From IMG/VR virus record IMGVR_UViG_3300028563_000009: DNA of 64,000 nucleotides, one strand, 5' to 3'. Each line of letters opens with the position of its first letter. Within the stretch, counting starts at the first letter, position 1. A program made the translations under genes and the position numbers. Below the pieces are notes generated by a model. It did not search any database. It was not told the DNA's origin and saw nothing but the letters and a program-made list of their open reading frames with translations. Source of the DNA: a virus. Its lineage: Duplodnaviria; Heunggongvirae; Uroviricota; Caudoviricetes. Below are positions 1 to 8,706 of the stretch, piece after piece.

Positions 1-138
1 CTGAGTTGGGGCGGCTGTACCTGCCGCTGAGGCGCGGGAGGGGGGACAGCCTTACTGGCCTCCTCTGAAAAAGAAGGACCCGTGAACAGTAAAATTCCTA
101 GTAAAATTTTAATCATAATGTATTATAACACCTTTAGG

Positions 139-465
139 TTAGGGAGTCAAGTACTCTATCTTGAGATTCTCTTCCCTCATTTGTTCGTCAACTGCCCGAT
201 CTACTTCTCGGAGCTTGCCGAGTCTTCGTAGGGTTTCGACTTTATGCCACGCTTTGAACTCCGGAGTTTCAGCACATTTTCTAAAAGCTTCTTGCTTATT
301 CCGGAACTGATCTCTACCGTCACGGTGTTCCGCCCTTGCACCAGATTCGGGATGTATGCACCTGACTCCATTCTGTTTAGCGTTACGATGTTGACCCCCC
401 TTGCCCCCCGTGCAGAACGTCTGGAACTCGAAGTCCTTCGCTGTCAGGCTGAATAACAGTGTCAT
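139..465 (-). CDS. release-factor GGQ-domain protein, ArfB/PrfH-like peptidyl-tRNA hydrolase (108 aa)
   Basis: Motif TGGKGGQHRNAKQNGVRCIHPESG matches class-I RF/ArfB GGQ loop; GGAG RBS 7 nt upstream on minus strand. Confidence 0.6.
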   Translation of the reverse strand: MTLLFSLTAKDFEFQTFCTGGKGGQHRNAKQNGVRCIHPESGARAEHRDGRDQFRNKQEAFRKCAETPEFKAWHKVETLRRLGKLREVDRAVDEQMREENLKIEYLTP

Positions 466-652
466 TGGTTAACTCCTCTACCACGGCCTTTACCCGTGCC
501 TCTTCTTTTGTTTTTATGTCGTGTAGCTCTTGGGCCATCGCCAAAATCTCCCCCGAAGTCGCCAAACTCCACGGGCAACAAGTAGGCCAAATAGCTGATT
601 TCTTTAGACTTGACTCGTCAATTATCTGCTGCAATCTCTGTTTAGTTACCAT
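383..652 (-). CDS. hypothetical protein (89 aa)
   Basis: Strong RBS GGGAGGG before ATG (rc); 83-nt overlap with downstream GGQ gene. Confidence 0.4.
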   Translation of the reverse strand: MVTKQRLQQIIDESSLKKSAIWPTCCPWSLATSGEILAMAQELHDIKTKEEARVKAVVEELTNDTVIQPDSEGLRVPDVLHGGQGGSTS

Positions 653-857
653 TCTTTCCCTCCCAGTAAAATGTATCGAAGTGGTGCTCTACATACCCAG
701 ACTCCATCAACGGGTTCGGGTCCGGAACAGGAACATACTCTACCCTTACCGCCAAGATTTTATTGAACCCACTCCACGCCCGTACCGCTTGCCAGAACCT
801 AAGCTCCGGGTGCTCTTGGCAAAACTTCACGAAATCCTCTAACTCCGCATTCACCAT
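642..857 (-). CDS. hypothetical protein (71 aa)
   Basis: ORF in same minus-strand cassette; weak RBS. Confidence 0.35.
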   Translation of the reverse strand: MVNAELEDFVKFCQEHPELRFWQAVRAWSGFNKILAVRVEYVPVPDPNPLMESGYVEHHFDTFYWEGKNGN

Positions 858-960
858 CCCAAACCTTTACCAACCGCTTCCCCGGCAGCACCCGATATAA
901 GGGCAATAATCACAATCGCCCCGATAACCAGCCCCGCCCCCAGCCCAATCAAAAACCACA

Positions 961-1269
961 TTAAAACCATCCCTTCGAGGGCAAGAAAGGCAGGTTCTTA
1001 ATCCCCGACGCCCTATCTTCCCTCACCCCTTGTATCTCTGTTACCACCAGAAGCCTATCCTCCCGGTTCTCGGGATCAGCAAGTTTGATAGTGCCCTTGC
1101 CCTCCCACGTCAACTTTTTATAATACAAATCCGTTGCTTCTCGTATTGTACCATAAAACACAAACTTACCATACCCGTAGCTAGGAAACTCCAGAATCCA
1201 GTATTCCGGCTTCGGGTCGTCCAACTGAAGAAAGCTCACCCGGTGAACCCCCGTACCCAAAATGTCCAC
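961..1269 (-). CDS. hypothetical protein (102 aa, GTG start)
   Basis: Long ORF, minus-strand cassette; no clear RBS. Confidence 0.35.
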   Translation of the reverse strand: MDILGTGVHRVSFLQLDDPKPEYWILEFPSYGYGKFVFYGTIREATDLYYKKLTWEGKGTIKLADPENREDRLLVVTEIQGVREDRASGIKNLPFLPSKGWF

Positions 1270-1812
1270 TGGAAGTATATTTCCAGATCGTCATACTCGG
1301 AGAGGTTTCCCCATCATAGTATTGTGCGCCAACCTGTACTGCAATAGAATTGTCTGGGTTTAGGTGGTCTTGGCCGCAAACTAAGCATCGAATCATACTC
1401 CATTATACCACGGATTCGCCTTTGTTGTCTAACTGATTGATTGTAAAGGGGTTAGCACAAGGGAGAAGTGTGGGGAGTCAGGTCAGGTCAAGCTCGCGTG
1501 CCGAGGTGCAGGGGGGCTTCCCAGTACCCCCACAAGCCAAAAGAGTACCCTACAGTACCTTAACTCCAATCCAATCAAATAGATGGCACACCATAGACTA
1601 TCATCTATCGCTCTATGTACTATCACATGGCAATCCCTCCTATACTCTGGTATCGAATCACTCATATATCGGACCAATTCTCAGCACTTGCGCGACAATT
1701 GCGCGTAACTCGTTTAAAATCAGTTGCATTTAGGAACTCGTCACGCGGTGTCGTATTGGATGCGTCTCAAACAGGTAAAATTTACATACTTATAACTCAA
1801 GTCAAATCAACA

Positions 1813-1849
1813 CCTTGCGACACTTGCGACACTTGCGACACCTTGCGAC
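1813..1849. repeat. 9-bp tandem repeat TTGCGACAC x ~4
   Basis: ccTTGCGACACTTGCGACACTTGCGACACCTTGCGAC in divergent intergenic region upstream of first + strand gene. Confidence 0.85.
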
Positions 1850-2012
1850 CCCAGTCCGACTGCCGATGTGGAAAACGCCGCAATCCACTCATTCTAAACG
1901 ATTTATTTTTTCTCTTGACACGTTTTTGCCTTTTCCTGTAGTCTCGTTTCAGCCGCAATTGAACGCGGCAATTCTGGTACGCTTCCCAACTGAAAGCAAG
2001 GAGAATCACCAC

Positions 2013-2423
2013 ATGGCCAATATGATCGCACCGAAGAACATGCAAGAGGCATTAGCGTTAATTGAACAAATGCGGAAAGAGGCTGAGGAACGGAACTCTG
2101 CCAAAGTCACTGTGAAAATGGCCGATTATGGCGCTGGTACCATCTCCCTGTATGGTATCAATCGCTTTCCACTGTCGGTTTATCCCTCGCAGATTGCCAC
2201 GCTGAAAGCCGCTATCCCGGACATGGAAGCTTTTGCGGCGAAGTATTCCAATGAGCTTCGTTGTGCCGCGTATGCTGCTGACTTCGCAAAAAAGTCAGGC
2301 GCGAAATGGCCGTCCAATGCGAAAGAAGACGACCCATCCGTCGTGGCATATAAGGCGAAGTATACCGAAGGGTACGCGCAAGCCATGAAGGATGCCACTC
2401 TGGTATCGTCTAAGGCGAAGTAA
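2013..2423 (+). CDS. hypothetical protein (136 aa)
   Basis: ATG 2013 preceded by AAGGAGAA; in-frame part of ORF 1815..2423. Confidence 0.6.
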   Translation: MANMIAPKNMQEALALIEQMRKEAEERNSAKVTVKMADYGAGTISLYGINRFPLSVYPSQIATLKAAIPDMEAFAAKYSNELRCAAYAADFAKKSGAKWPSNAKEDDPSVVAYKAKYTEGYAQAMKDATLVSSKAK

Positions 2424-2442
2424 CCCAACTGTTTTCCCTTTT

Positions 2443-2473
2443 CCCCTAGGCTTTGGCCTAGGGGTTTTTTTTT
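2443..2473 (+). terminator. rho-independent terminator
   Basis: CCCCTAGG-cttTgg-CCTAGGGG stem followed by T9. Confidence 0.85.
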
Positions 2474-2594
2474 GCCTCTAAAACTTCGTCTGTGCAAGTT
2501 CGCCCCCGCGCTGCGATATGCATTCCCGGCCAAGTAAAGCGATTTATAAACTGCCGATGACGGGTCGGTGTAGGGGAATACACCGGAAAATTAG

Positions 2595-2610
2595 GTAAAT
2601 CGATTTACCT
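2595..2610. promoter_or_regulatory. 16-bp perfect palindrome GGTAAATCGATTTACC (operator-like; recurs at 2760, 4296, 13724, 13785, half-site 14650)
   Basis: Self-complementary; related copies all lie in intergenic/promoter-proximal DNA. Confidence 0.5.
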
Positions 2611-2792
2611 TCGAGGGGACTGGTAACTGGTATCGGGTAACCTTGCGGCTGGTTACTTACCATGTCCATTCTGCCAGAGTCGAGTAGACTGCCATGCCGT
2701 GTGTGGGGTAGTAGTGCAGGTAGTCATGCCGTGGCGCGGCGAACTGTGGAAAACGCGCAGTAAATCGCTTTACTCGCGGGTGAAAATTTTTG

Positions 2793-2821
2793 TTGACGCG
2801 CTCGGTTTCGCGGTGTATGAT
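2793..2821 (+). promoter_or_regulatory. sigma70-like promoter TTGACG-17-TATGAT with A/T UP-like tract
   Basis: Exact hexamers and spacing; preceded by gaaaatttttg; palindrome and CTGTGGAAAAC motif upstream. Confidence 0.6.
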
Positions 2822-2851
2822 CGATTCCGGAAGTGGAGAGAGAGGGGTTAC

Positions 2852-3055
2852 ATGGTAGGTAAGCGCAATTACCCGAGGTTGTACTCATTGCACGAGGTTA
2901 GGCGGGTTGGGAGGAAGGTGTCCTATATCCGTGTGAGTGATGCTGGTATGCCGGTTCAGCAGGCGCGTAGGTATTGGCAGAACTCGTTGTTGAGTTACTT
3001 CATGGGTGGGAAGGTGGAGTATTCCCTTCGGCCAGTAAAGGCGTCTCAGCCATGA
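2852..3055 (+). CDS. hypothetical protein (67 aa)
   Basis: ATG 2852 after GAGAGAGGGG RBS, downstream of promoter 2793. Confidence 0.5.
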   Translation: MVGKRNYPRLYSLHEVRRVGRKVSYIRVSDAGMPVQQARRYWQNSLLSYFMGGKVEYSLRPVKASQP

Positions 3056-3423
3056 CAGACTTGGATTACTTCTCTGTCCAGCCTGATATGCCGGTAGGGA
3101 AGAAGAAAGCATTACCAAGAGCTTATGCCTATGTGCCTGCGCGTGGGTTGGGGAGAGTTTTTAGACCTACCCAGAAGGTGAACTTGCTGGGTAACATGGT
3201 ATTGCCCATATATCACCCGAGATTAGTTCCTTGGGGGTATTGTAAGACTGCCACTATGTCAATGGCCAAGCATAGCTATCTGGAGAGAAATCAGAAGTTG
3301 GCTGTCAAGGTGTGCAAGGCTATGGGCTGGAAGGACACTGAGAAAGAACAGCGGCAAAGGAGGATGGATGCTTATCACGATGCCAGTAACCACAATCGTG
3401 TCCCTGATGCAGCGCAAGTCTAA
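3052..3423 (+). CDS. hypothetical protein (123 aa)
   Basis: ATGA overlap with upstream stop; long ORF. Confidence 0.5.
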   Translation: MTDLDYFSVQPDMPVGKKKALPRAYAYVPARGLGRVFRPTQKVNLLGNMVLPIYHPRLVPWGYCKTATMSMAKHSYLERNQKLAVKVCKAMGWKDTEKEQRQRRMDAYHDASNHNRVPDAAQV

Positions 3424-3565
3424 GAGGATCAATGAGTTGCGTAGTGGTGACTCAGTGGATCGTATCTCTGCCGACAAGCTGCAACATGAATACAACGAGC
3501 TAGCACTGGCGTTATTCGCCGGAAAGCAGGTTCAAGTTGACTCGCACAACTCTCATTCAGGCTAA
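3368..3565 (+). CDS. hypothetical protein (65 aa)
   Basis: AGGAGG 4 nt upstream of ATG. Confidence 0.3.
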   Translation: MLITMPVTTIVSLMQRKSKRINELRSGDSVDRISADKLQHEYNELALALFAGKQVQVDSHNSHSG

Positions 3566-3800
3566 CAATGGATTCCACACGTCTCACAAACCAGTGATTC
3601 GGTTTGTGTCTAGGCGTACGCATAACCACTTCCAACCCAGCAAGTATGCGCTGGTAACGTTCCGGTCTGGTAAGCTGGAGCGTGTGGATTACAAGGACGC
3701 TGCTGAGTTCCACGCCCATGTCGAGGCAGTAAAGGCGAAGGTGAAGCACTTCCATCAGCGGATTGGTAAGCAGGCCGGGTGCCAGTGTGGATACTGTTAA
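3537..3800 (+). CDS. hypothetical protein, C-terminal CQCGYC (TTG start)
   Basis: ORF only; no clear RBS. Confidence 0.3.
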   Translation: MTRTTLIQANNGFHTSHKPVIRFVSRRTHNHFQPSKYALVTFRSGKLERVDYKDAAEFHAHVEAVKAKVKHFHQRIGKQAGCQCGYC

Positions 3801-3970
3801 GATTGTGTACTACCGCTGGAATGCCATGCTGGGTACTGACCAGAGTACCTTGAAGATTCGCAAGCCTGTATCCCTCCCATTCCCTTTGTCGGTGGAGTGG
3901 GAGAAGAAACAAGCAAGCACCTATGTGTTTGAGAACACAGGGGTTATACGGTACAGGAGGATCAAACCCG

Positions 3971-4180
3971 ATGGACTTTCGTAAAGGTAAGAAGGGTGGA
4001 TGGGTTATAATCCAGCGTCATGACCCATACGAGGCGACGTTCTACTTCTTCGATGAGGAGAGCGTAGCCCGTAAGAACTACGAGGAGAAGCTGAACTACA
4101 TGAAAGACCCGGATGGCCGGACTCTCCTCCTGTGCTCCATTGCTGAAATGGTAGGTGATACGTCGTTCGACGATGAGTAG
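3971..4180 (+). CDS. hypothetical protein (69 aa)
   Basis: AGGAGG 10 nt upstream of ATG 3971. Confidence 0.45.
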   Translation: MDFRKGKKGGWVIIQRHDPYEATFYFFDEESVARKNYEEKLNYMKDPDGRTLLLCSIAEMVGDTSFDDE

Positions 4181-4197
4181 TTGAGACGTTTTCATTG

Positions 4198-4226
4198 CCC
4201 CGTGGCTCCGGTCACGGGGTTTTTTG
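4198..4226 (+). terminator. rho-independent terminator
   Basis: CCCCGTG-gctccggt-CACGGGG then T6. Confidence 0.85.
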
Positions 4227-4326
4227 TGCTTATGTGCTGCTGGTATGCCGTTTTCCGGTTCCGGACGGCTGTGGAAAACTTGCCGCGCACCGTTAGAAAA
4301 TCGATTTACTTGCTGAAAAAATTTTT

Positions 4327-4355
4327 GTTGACAAAGGCTTTTTTGCGGCGTATCG
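4327..4355 (+). promoter_or_regulatory. sigma70-like promoter TTGACA-17-TATCGT
   Basis: Same upstream architecture as promoter 2793 (CTGTGGAAAAC .. AAATCGATTTAC .. aaaaatttttgTTGAC). Confidence 0.6.
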
Positions 4356-4396
4356 TCGGCTCAATCGCCCGATTCAGGGGCGACTACGGAGGAAGT

Positions 4397-5089
4397 ATGA
4401 GCACACTGCAATTGGTGAGCTTTGCCGATATAAACGAAGGTAGACGAGTGTTGGGAGAAAAGGCTTCCGCACTTGGATACCACAAACTGAAGCAGGCGAC
4501 AGGGAGTAACCTGTTAACTACTCTACGAGACTTGGATATCCGTCCATTCACGTCGGGTAGTGTGGACACCTACAAGGCCAGCAAAGAGAAGATTGGTTGG
4601 TGGTCTGGTAAGGTGTGGGCTGTTCGCTTGCTCGTGCTGAGTTTCCTGTTGGCTCCCCTCATGGCCAAATCCATTCAATTGAGCGACTTAACCTACGACG
4701 CTGCACCCTTCTCCGGTCTTGCCTCCCATCACATCCTTGTGCCTCTGGGCATCACTCTCACCATTCTGACAGGCGTGGCCATCGTCCTGTGTCAGATAAT
4801 TGGGTGGGTAATGCTGGTCGGCGAAGATTCACGAGGAAAACGATCCAAAATCTCTTGGCGTAGGTATACCATACAGGATTACCAAGGCACTATACCTGAG
4901 TTCGCCCTGAACAAGATGGTACAGATTGCTGCGGCCTACCCCGAGGCCAGATTCCAAGTCGATCAACTCGAAAAACACACAGAGAACTGGATTGTGCGGG
5001 AGCCTGACCCCTTTCTAGTTGTTTACGCAGGCAACGAACAGTACTACATCGAAGTCTGGGATGAGAAGGAGTACGAGAAGACCCTGTAA
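4397..5089 (+). CDS. membrane protein (230 aa, 2-3 TM helices)
   Basis: GGAGGA RBS; hydrophobic segments LLVLSFLLAPLMA, ITLTILTGVAIVLCQIIGWVMLV. Confidence 0.55.
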   Translation: MSTLQLVSFADINEGRRVLGEKASALGYHKLKQATGSNLLTTLRDLDIRPFTSGSVDTYKASKEKIGWWSGKVWAVRLLVLSFLLAPLMAKSIQLSDLTYDAAPFSGLASHHILVPLGITLTILTGVAIVLCQIIGWVMLVGEDSRGKRSKISWRRYTIQDYQGTIPEFALNKMVQIAAAYPEARFQVDQLEKHTENWIVREPDPFLVVYAGNEQYYIEVWDEKEYEKTL

Positions 5090-5140
5090 ACCCTCGTATT
5101 CCCCTGACTTAACGCAGTTAACCAGAAGAAGGAGGAAAGA

Positions 5141-5320
5141 ATGGCAGAAATTACCAAAGGATCGGTGGTTATCGTCAAGAAGTTCATCGAGGCCGGTAGC
5201 ACTAAATCGGCTGGGATGACAGAGATGAACGAGTTCTGGAAGTCTCTGACGGACGCCGAGAAGTTGCAGTTCACACTGGAAGCTGTGTCACTGATGCCTC
5301 AATTGGCTCCAGCGGCATAG
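5141..5320 (+). CDS. small hypothetical protein (59 aa)
   Basis: AGGAGG 10 nt upstream; below ORF-track size cutoff. Confidence 0.45.
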   Translation: MAEITKGSVVIVKKFIEAGSTKSAGMTEMNEFWKSLTDAEKLQFTLEAVSLMPQLAPAA

Positions 5321-5432
5321 TTTCAAGGCAGAGCTTAAGTGCTCTGTCTAGGATGCATCTTGGAGGGTGATAGTCCTTTAACCCTTGCTTGGTCAGACAA
5401 GGTGCATCCTAGAGAGCGCAGTTAGGAGGAAT

Positions 5433-5708
5433 ATGGTTCCGGAGTTTTTAGCTGATTGTTTGGGTCATCTTCCGTACCACCAAATAGCGGAACTGACTAT
5501 TTGGATGGACAAGCAGAAAGACGTTAGACAGTCCATCGAACAGATCATAAGTGAAAGTCTCCCCACCGTGGAGGAAGAAATCCCAGAAACTAATCCTGCA
5601 TGTCTCGGCAAGGGGAATAACAACGTCGTAGATTGTACTTGCAAAACGATTTACCGACGACTAAGGAGGGCGAAGGATGGAAGTTCCGGTATTGAAAGAG
5701 TGGATTAA
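5433..5708 (+). CDS. hypothetical protein (91 aa)
   Basis: AGGAGG 6 nt upstream of ATG 5433. Confidence 0.45.
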   Translation: MVPEFLADCLGHLPYHQIAELTIWMDKQKDVRQSIEQIISESLPTVEEEIPETNPACLGKGNNNVVDCTCKTIYRRLRRAKDGSSGIERVD

Positions 5709-6075
5709 AGCCTTGCGGAGTGGAAATTACGCGCAAGGTAAGACCCGTCTTCATTCGGAGTCGGGAGGGAAGCATACCTATTGCTGTTTAGGTGTGCTCT
5801 GCGAGTTGGCCGTGAAGGAGAAAGTTATTCCTCCTCCGGATTCTCTGGCTATGGAGGTAGATGGGAAAACCATTACCGTCTACTATTACGGGGATGATAA
5901 CTATGTCGATGCCAAGAACATTTGTATTCTTCCCCGTAAGGTGAGAAACTGGCTGACCGAGGGTCTCAGGTATGGGTATTTTCCCACCTCTGTACTCATT
6001 AACATGAACGACAGGACAGAGAATCCTCAGTCGTTCGAACAGATTGCGGACTACTTGGAGAAAGAATGGAGCTAA
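5677..6075 (+). CDS. paralog family 1 member (YCCLGVLCELAVK motif), 132 aa
   Basis: AGGAGG RBS; shares W.KAL.SG.Y.QGK..YCCLGVLCELAVK core with 6066 and 12164. Confidence 0.6.
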   Translation: MEVPVLKEWIKALRSGNYAQGKTRLHSESGGKHTYCCLGVLCELAVKEKVIPPPDSLAMEVDGKTITVYYYGDDNYVDAKNICILPRKVRNWLTEGLRYGYFPTSVLINMNDRTENPQSFEQIADYLEKEWS

Positions 6076-6509
6076 CGACAGATTCCAGACCAGCAGAGAT
6101 TGTTAAGGCGTGGGTAGCAGCGTTGCTATCCGGGGAGTACAAACAAGGGAAATTCTATCTTCGACATGAAGATAAGTACTGCTGCTTAGGCGTGCTGTGT
6201 GAGTTGGCAGTCAAAGCCGGGGTTATCGTGCCGGGGAAGCCTTCCCTCGGTAGCGCCGATAAAGTCACAGTGTATGTGGGGGAGACTAAAACCCTTCCAC
6301 GCGAGGTGGCGTGGTGGGCGGGTGTTGGCGCAAACCCTCAAATGTCAAGCACGGGTCATACCTTGGGATACCTGAACGACAATGGCATGAAGTTTCCGGA
6401 TATAGCAGAACTTATCCGGGCAAACCTCCATCCGGAACCGGAAAGTGTCTCTCAACCTGATGGGTTCGGTACTTACGACCCCAACGACAACGGAAATCAA
6501 CCTATTTAG
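6066..6509 (+). CDS. paralog family 1 member, 147 aa
   Basis: Identical YCCLGVLCELAVKAGVI motif. Confidence 0.6.
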   Translation: MELTTDSRPAEIVKAWVAALLSGEYKQGKFYLRHEDKYCCLGVLCELAVKAGVIVPGKPSLGSADKVTVYVGETKTLPREVAWWAGVGANPQMSSTGHTLGYLNDNGMKFPDIAELIRANLHPEPESVSQPDGFGTYDPNDNGNQPI

Positions 6510-6517
6510 GAGGGGAA

Positions 6518-6958
6518 ATGGCAAACAAGAAGCAGTTGTTGAAACTCGCGGACTTTCTCGAAATAGTCCCGGCTAATAAGGTGTGCATGGGATCATGGGC
6601 AAACTTGGGCGACTTGGAGAAAGAATGTGCCACTCAGGAAGACATGCTACATACTTGCGGTACAACAGCGTGTCTTGCGGGATGGGCCGTTATAGCCAAT
6701 GGTTACTGTGTTACTGAAAAGGCGAGAGCGGAGAAAAAGCAGATCAGGACTCTTGATATCGCGGACAGAGCCGCTAGACTACTCGGGTTGACATACGACC
6801 AGCAGCAGGCTCTGTTTTATAGGTCTGGCTGGCCGAAGGAATTCCAGTTCCAACTGGACTTTAGTTACGAACAAGGCAAAAAGCTGGCCATTAGTTACGA
6901 ACAAGGCAAAAAGCTGGCCATTGCCCGTGTAAGGCACATGGCAGAGACGGGAGAGTGA
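6518..6958 (+). CDS. hypothetical protein with CGTTACLAGWA motif (distant relative of family 1), 146 aa
   Basis: GGAGGGG RBS; contains in-frame 30-bp tandem duplication. Confidence 0.55.
   Translation: MANKKQLLKLADFLEIVPANKVCMGSWANLGDLEKECATQEDMLHTCGTTACLAGWAVIANGYCVTEKARAEKKQIRTLDIADRAARLLGLTYDQQQALFYRSGWPKEFQFQLDFSYEQGKKLAISYEQGKKLAIARVRHMAETGE
6861..6920. repeat. perfect 30-bp tandem duplication (x2) inside CDS
   Basis: TTAGTTACGAACAAGGCAAAAAGCTGGCCA repeated; encodes SYEQGKKLAI twice. Confidence 0.9.
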
Positions 6959-7090
6959 GTTGGGATGAGTCGGCGGCGGGAGTAGGGAAACCCGCCAAGA
7001 GTGTCTGCAATACCTTCGAAGGACATACCAAACCGGGTGGAGTATGTTGGAATTGTAGGCACGAGTATCAAGAGCACAAGGAGGAGAACC

Positions 7091-7495
7091 ATGCTGAACA
7101 AAGAAGGAATTGACAAACTCGAAGCAATCATGCTGGCGAATGGTAAGTACTTCTACAACCAGCGGGTTTGGGCGTCAAAAACAGACTGTGGTACTCAGCT
7201 TTGTGCCGCAGGTTTTTCCCTTCTGATAGAGATGGGAGACGGAGCATTCCTTTATGCCTTGGACAGTTCCAGCAAGTCCTCTTTTGCGCGGCTTTGCATA
7301 GAGGCGGGTAAGAAACTTCTGGGAGTTACAACCTTCTCCCAACTGCCTCAAATTTTCGATGCTGTATCCCAATGGCCCGAAGATTTAGCACGGGCATACG
7401 ACGCAGCGGATGCCAAGGGACAGATTGCGGTATACATCAACATGCTTCGTACCAGAACCAACGACAATGGTACGATAAATGAGTTGGAAGACTAA
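7091..7495 (+). CDS. hypothetical protein with DCGTQLCAAG motif, 134 aa
   Basis: GAGGAG RBS before ATG 7091. Confidence 0.5.
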   Translation: MLNKEGIDKLEAIMLANGKYFYNQRVWASKTDCGTQLCAAGFSLLIEMGDGAFLYALDSSSKSSFARLCIEAGKKLLGVTTFSQLPQIFDAVSQWPEDLARAYDAADAKGQIAVYINMLRTRTNDNGTINELED

Positions 7496-7755
7496 TGTCT
7501 CTATCCAGCGTCAAACGAAGGATGCAGGTAGGACAGAAAATCCAGATGGTCAGTCATTCTTGGTACCCCGTTTTATCTGAGAGAGTTAGCGGGGTACGGG
7601 AAGTTGTTAAAGTGCAAACCAACGGAGTGCAGTTCTCCGGTGGGAGTTGGCTTTACTGGCCTAGAGCAAGTTGGATTTACTCAAATGAGGAAGGATTCCG
7701 AATCTCCCTCACGGATGAAAGTTTCGACGAATCAATGACTTACGAATGGAGGTAA
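7495..7755 (+). CDS. hypothetical protein (86 aa)
   Basis: TAATG coupling. Confidence 0.5.
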   Translation: MSLSSVKRRMQVGQKIQMVSHSWYPVLSERVSGVREVVKVQTNGVQFSGGSWLYWPRASWIYSNEEGFRISLTDESFDESMTYEWR

Positions 7756-7756
7756 C

Positions 7757-7936
7757 ATGACCAGCGATACCCTGAGAAACACTGCCTTATTGGTGTTTTT
7801 CTTGTTCTTAATCGCTCAGTACGTTCTTTTTATCGGCATTAGGCGAGAGCTTAATACCATAAGAGTGCCGTCTGAGAGACTTATCCATCCTTCGGATATA
7901 CCTTGGAAGGATAACTACCACTATCGCAGAGCATAG
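7757..7936 (+). CDS. small membrane protein (59 aa)
   Basis: GGAGG 2 nt.. ATG 7757; TM helix TALLVFFLFLIAQYVLFIGI; not in ORF track (<60 aa). Confidence 0.45.
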   Translation: MTSDTLRNTALLVFFLFLIAQYVLFIGIRRELNTIRVPSERLIHPSDIPWKDNYHYRRA

Positions 7937-7938
7937 GA

Positions 7939-8292
7939 GTGGCTGTGGGACTCAAAAGAGTGATTGTGAAAAACATGAGTGCCGCCAAGGTGCAGGCGTT
8001 TATTAGGCGTCGTTCCGCTTGCTGGTCTGCAACGGAGTGGCAGAAAGGAAAGGACTTAAGAACCATTTGGCGCACATGCCCTAACCCCGGATGGCTGCTA
8101 TGGTTCATCTTCGAAATGGCTGTGGATGGCGAACCCGCCGAACACGCAAAATGGGGAGGAGACGACAACTTCTATAAGTTTCGCAACGTATACTGGGACC
8201 TTGACTTAAGGAACAGCAACCCAAAGGTCCTTTTAACCTTCATCAAACGACACTACCAAGTGGAGGCAAAACGTGTCAAAGCTAAGAAATAG
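7939..8292 (+). CDS. hypothetical protein (alt. GTG start 7945)
   Basis: AGGAG precedes GTG. Confidence 0.45.
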   Translation: MAVGLKRVIVKNMSAAKVQAFIRRRSACWSATEWQKGKDLRTIWRTCPNPGWLLWFIFEMAVDGEPAEHAKWGGDDNFYKFRNVYWDLDLRNSNPKVLLTFIKRHYQVEAKRVKAKK

Positions 8293-8533
8293 GCTTTGGT
8301 TTCTCGCCTTGTTGTTACTCCTGTTCTGTCTGACTGAAGCCATGCCGAGGGCAGAGCGGGGAAGCAGTAAGGATAAGATACAACTCATTTACCGCGAACA
8401 AGCTGACGGTAGATGGCAAGTATCTGTTTATGGCACCGTCTGTGAGGATATGATGGTGATGCACCTCAAACAGCCAGATCAACCAGTGATCGAGCCTTTT
8501 GTTGTATCCTGCGATCACCCGAAGGAGAAGTGA
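8273..8533 (+). CDS. secreted/signal-peptide protein (86 aa, GTG start)
   Basis: GGAGG RBS; N-terminal LWFLALLLLLFCLTEA. Confidence 0.5.
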   Translation: MSKLRNRLWFLALLLLLFCLTEAMPRAERGSSKDKIQLIYREQADGRWQVSVYGTVCEDMMVMHLKQPDQPVIEPFVVSCDHPKEK

Positions 8534-8697
8534 TGAAGAATATCACGTTACACGCTCACCACGAGTCGAACTCCCCGGTAGAGGTGGAGGACTACCGGGA
8601 GAGGAAAGAGGATATCAGAGAGAATAAGGCGAATTGGGAGCAACCCAAGTGTGGTTGGACTCCCAAAAACAATAACATCTTGCACTACAAGCTGTAG
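8533..8697 (+). CDS. small hypothetical protein (54 aa)
   Basis: AAGGAG RBS, ATGA coupling. Confidence 0.4.
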   Translation: MKNITLHAHHESNSPVEVEDYRERKEDIRENKANWEQPKCGWTPKNNNILHYKL

Positions 8698-8706
8698 GAG
8701 GAAGTA

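Noticed and set aside
1437-1733. ORF 98 aa (TTG start)
   Set aside because: Region is repeat-rich leader DNA with no RBS.
5019-5219. ORF 66 aa overlapping end of membrane-protein gene
   Set aside because: Out-of-frame overlap. The better RBS-supported small ORF 5141-5320 occupies the space.
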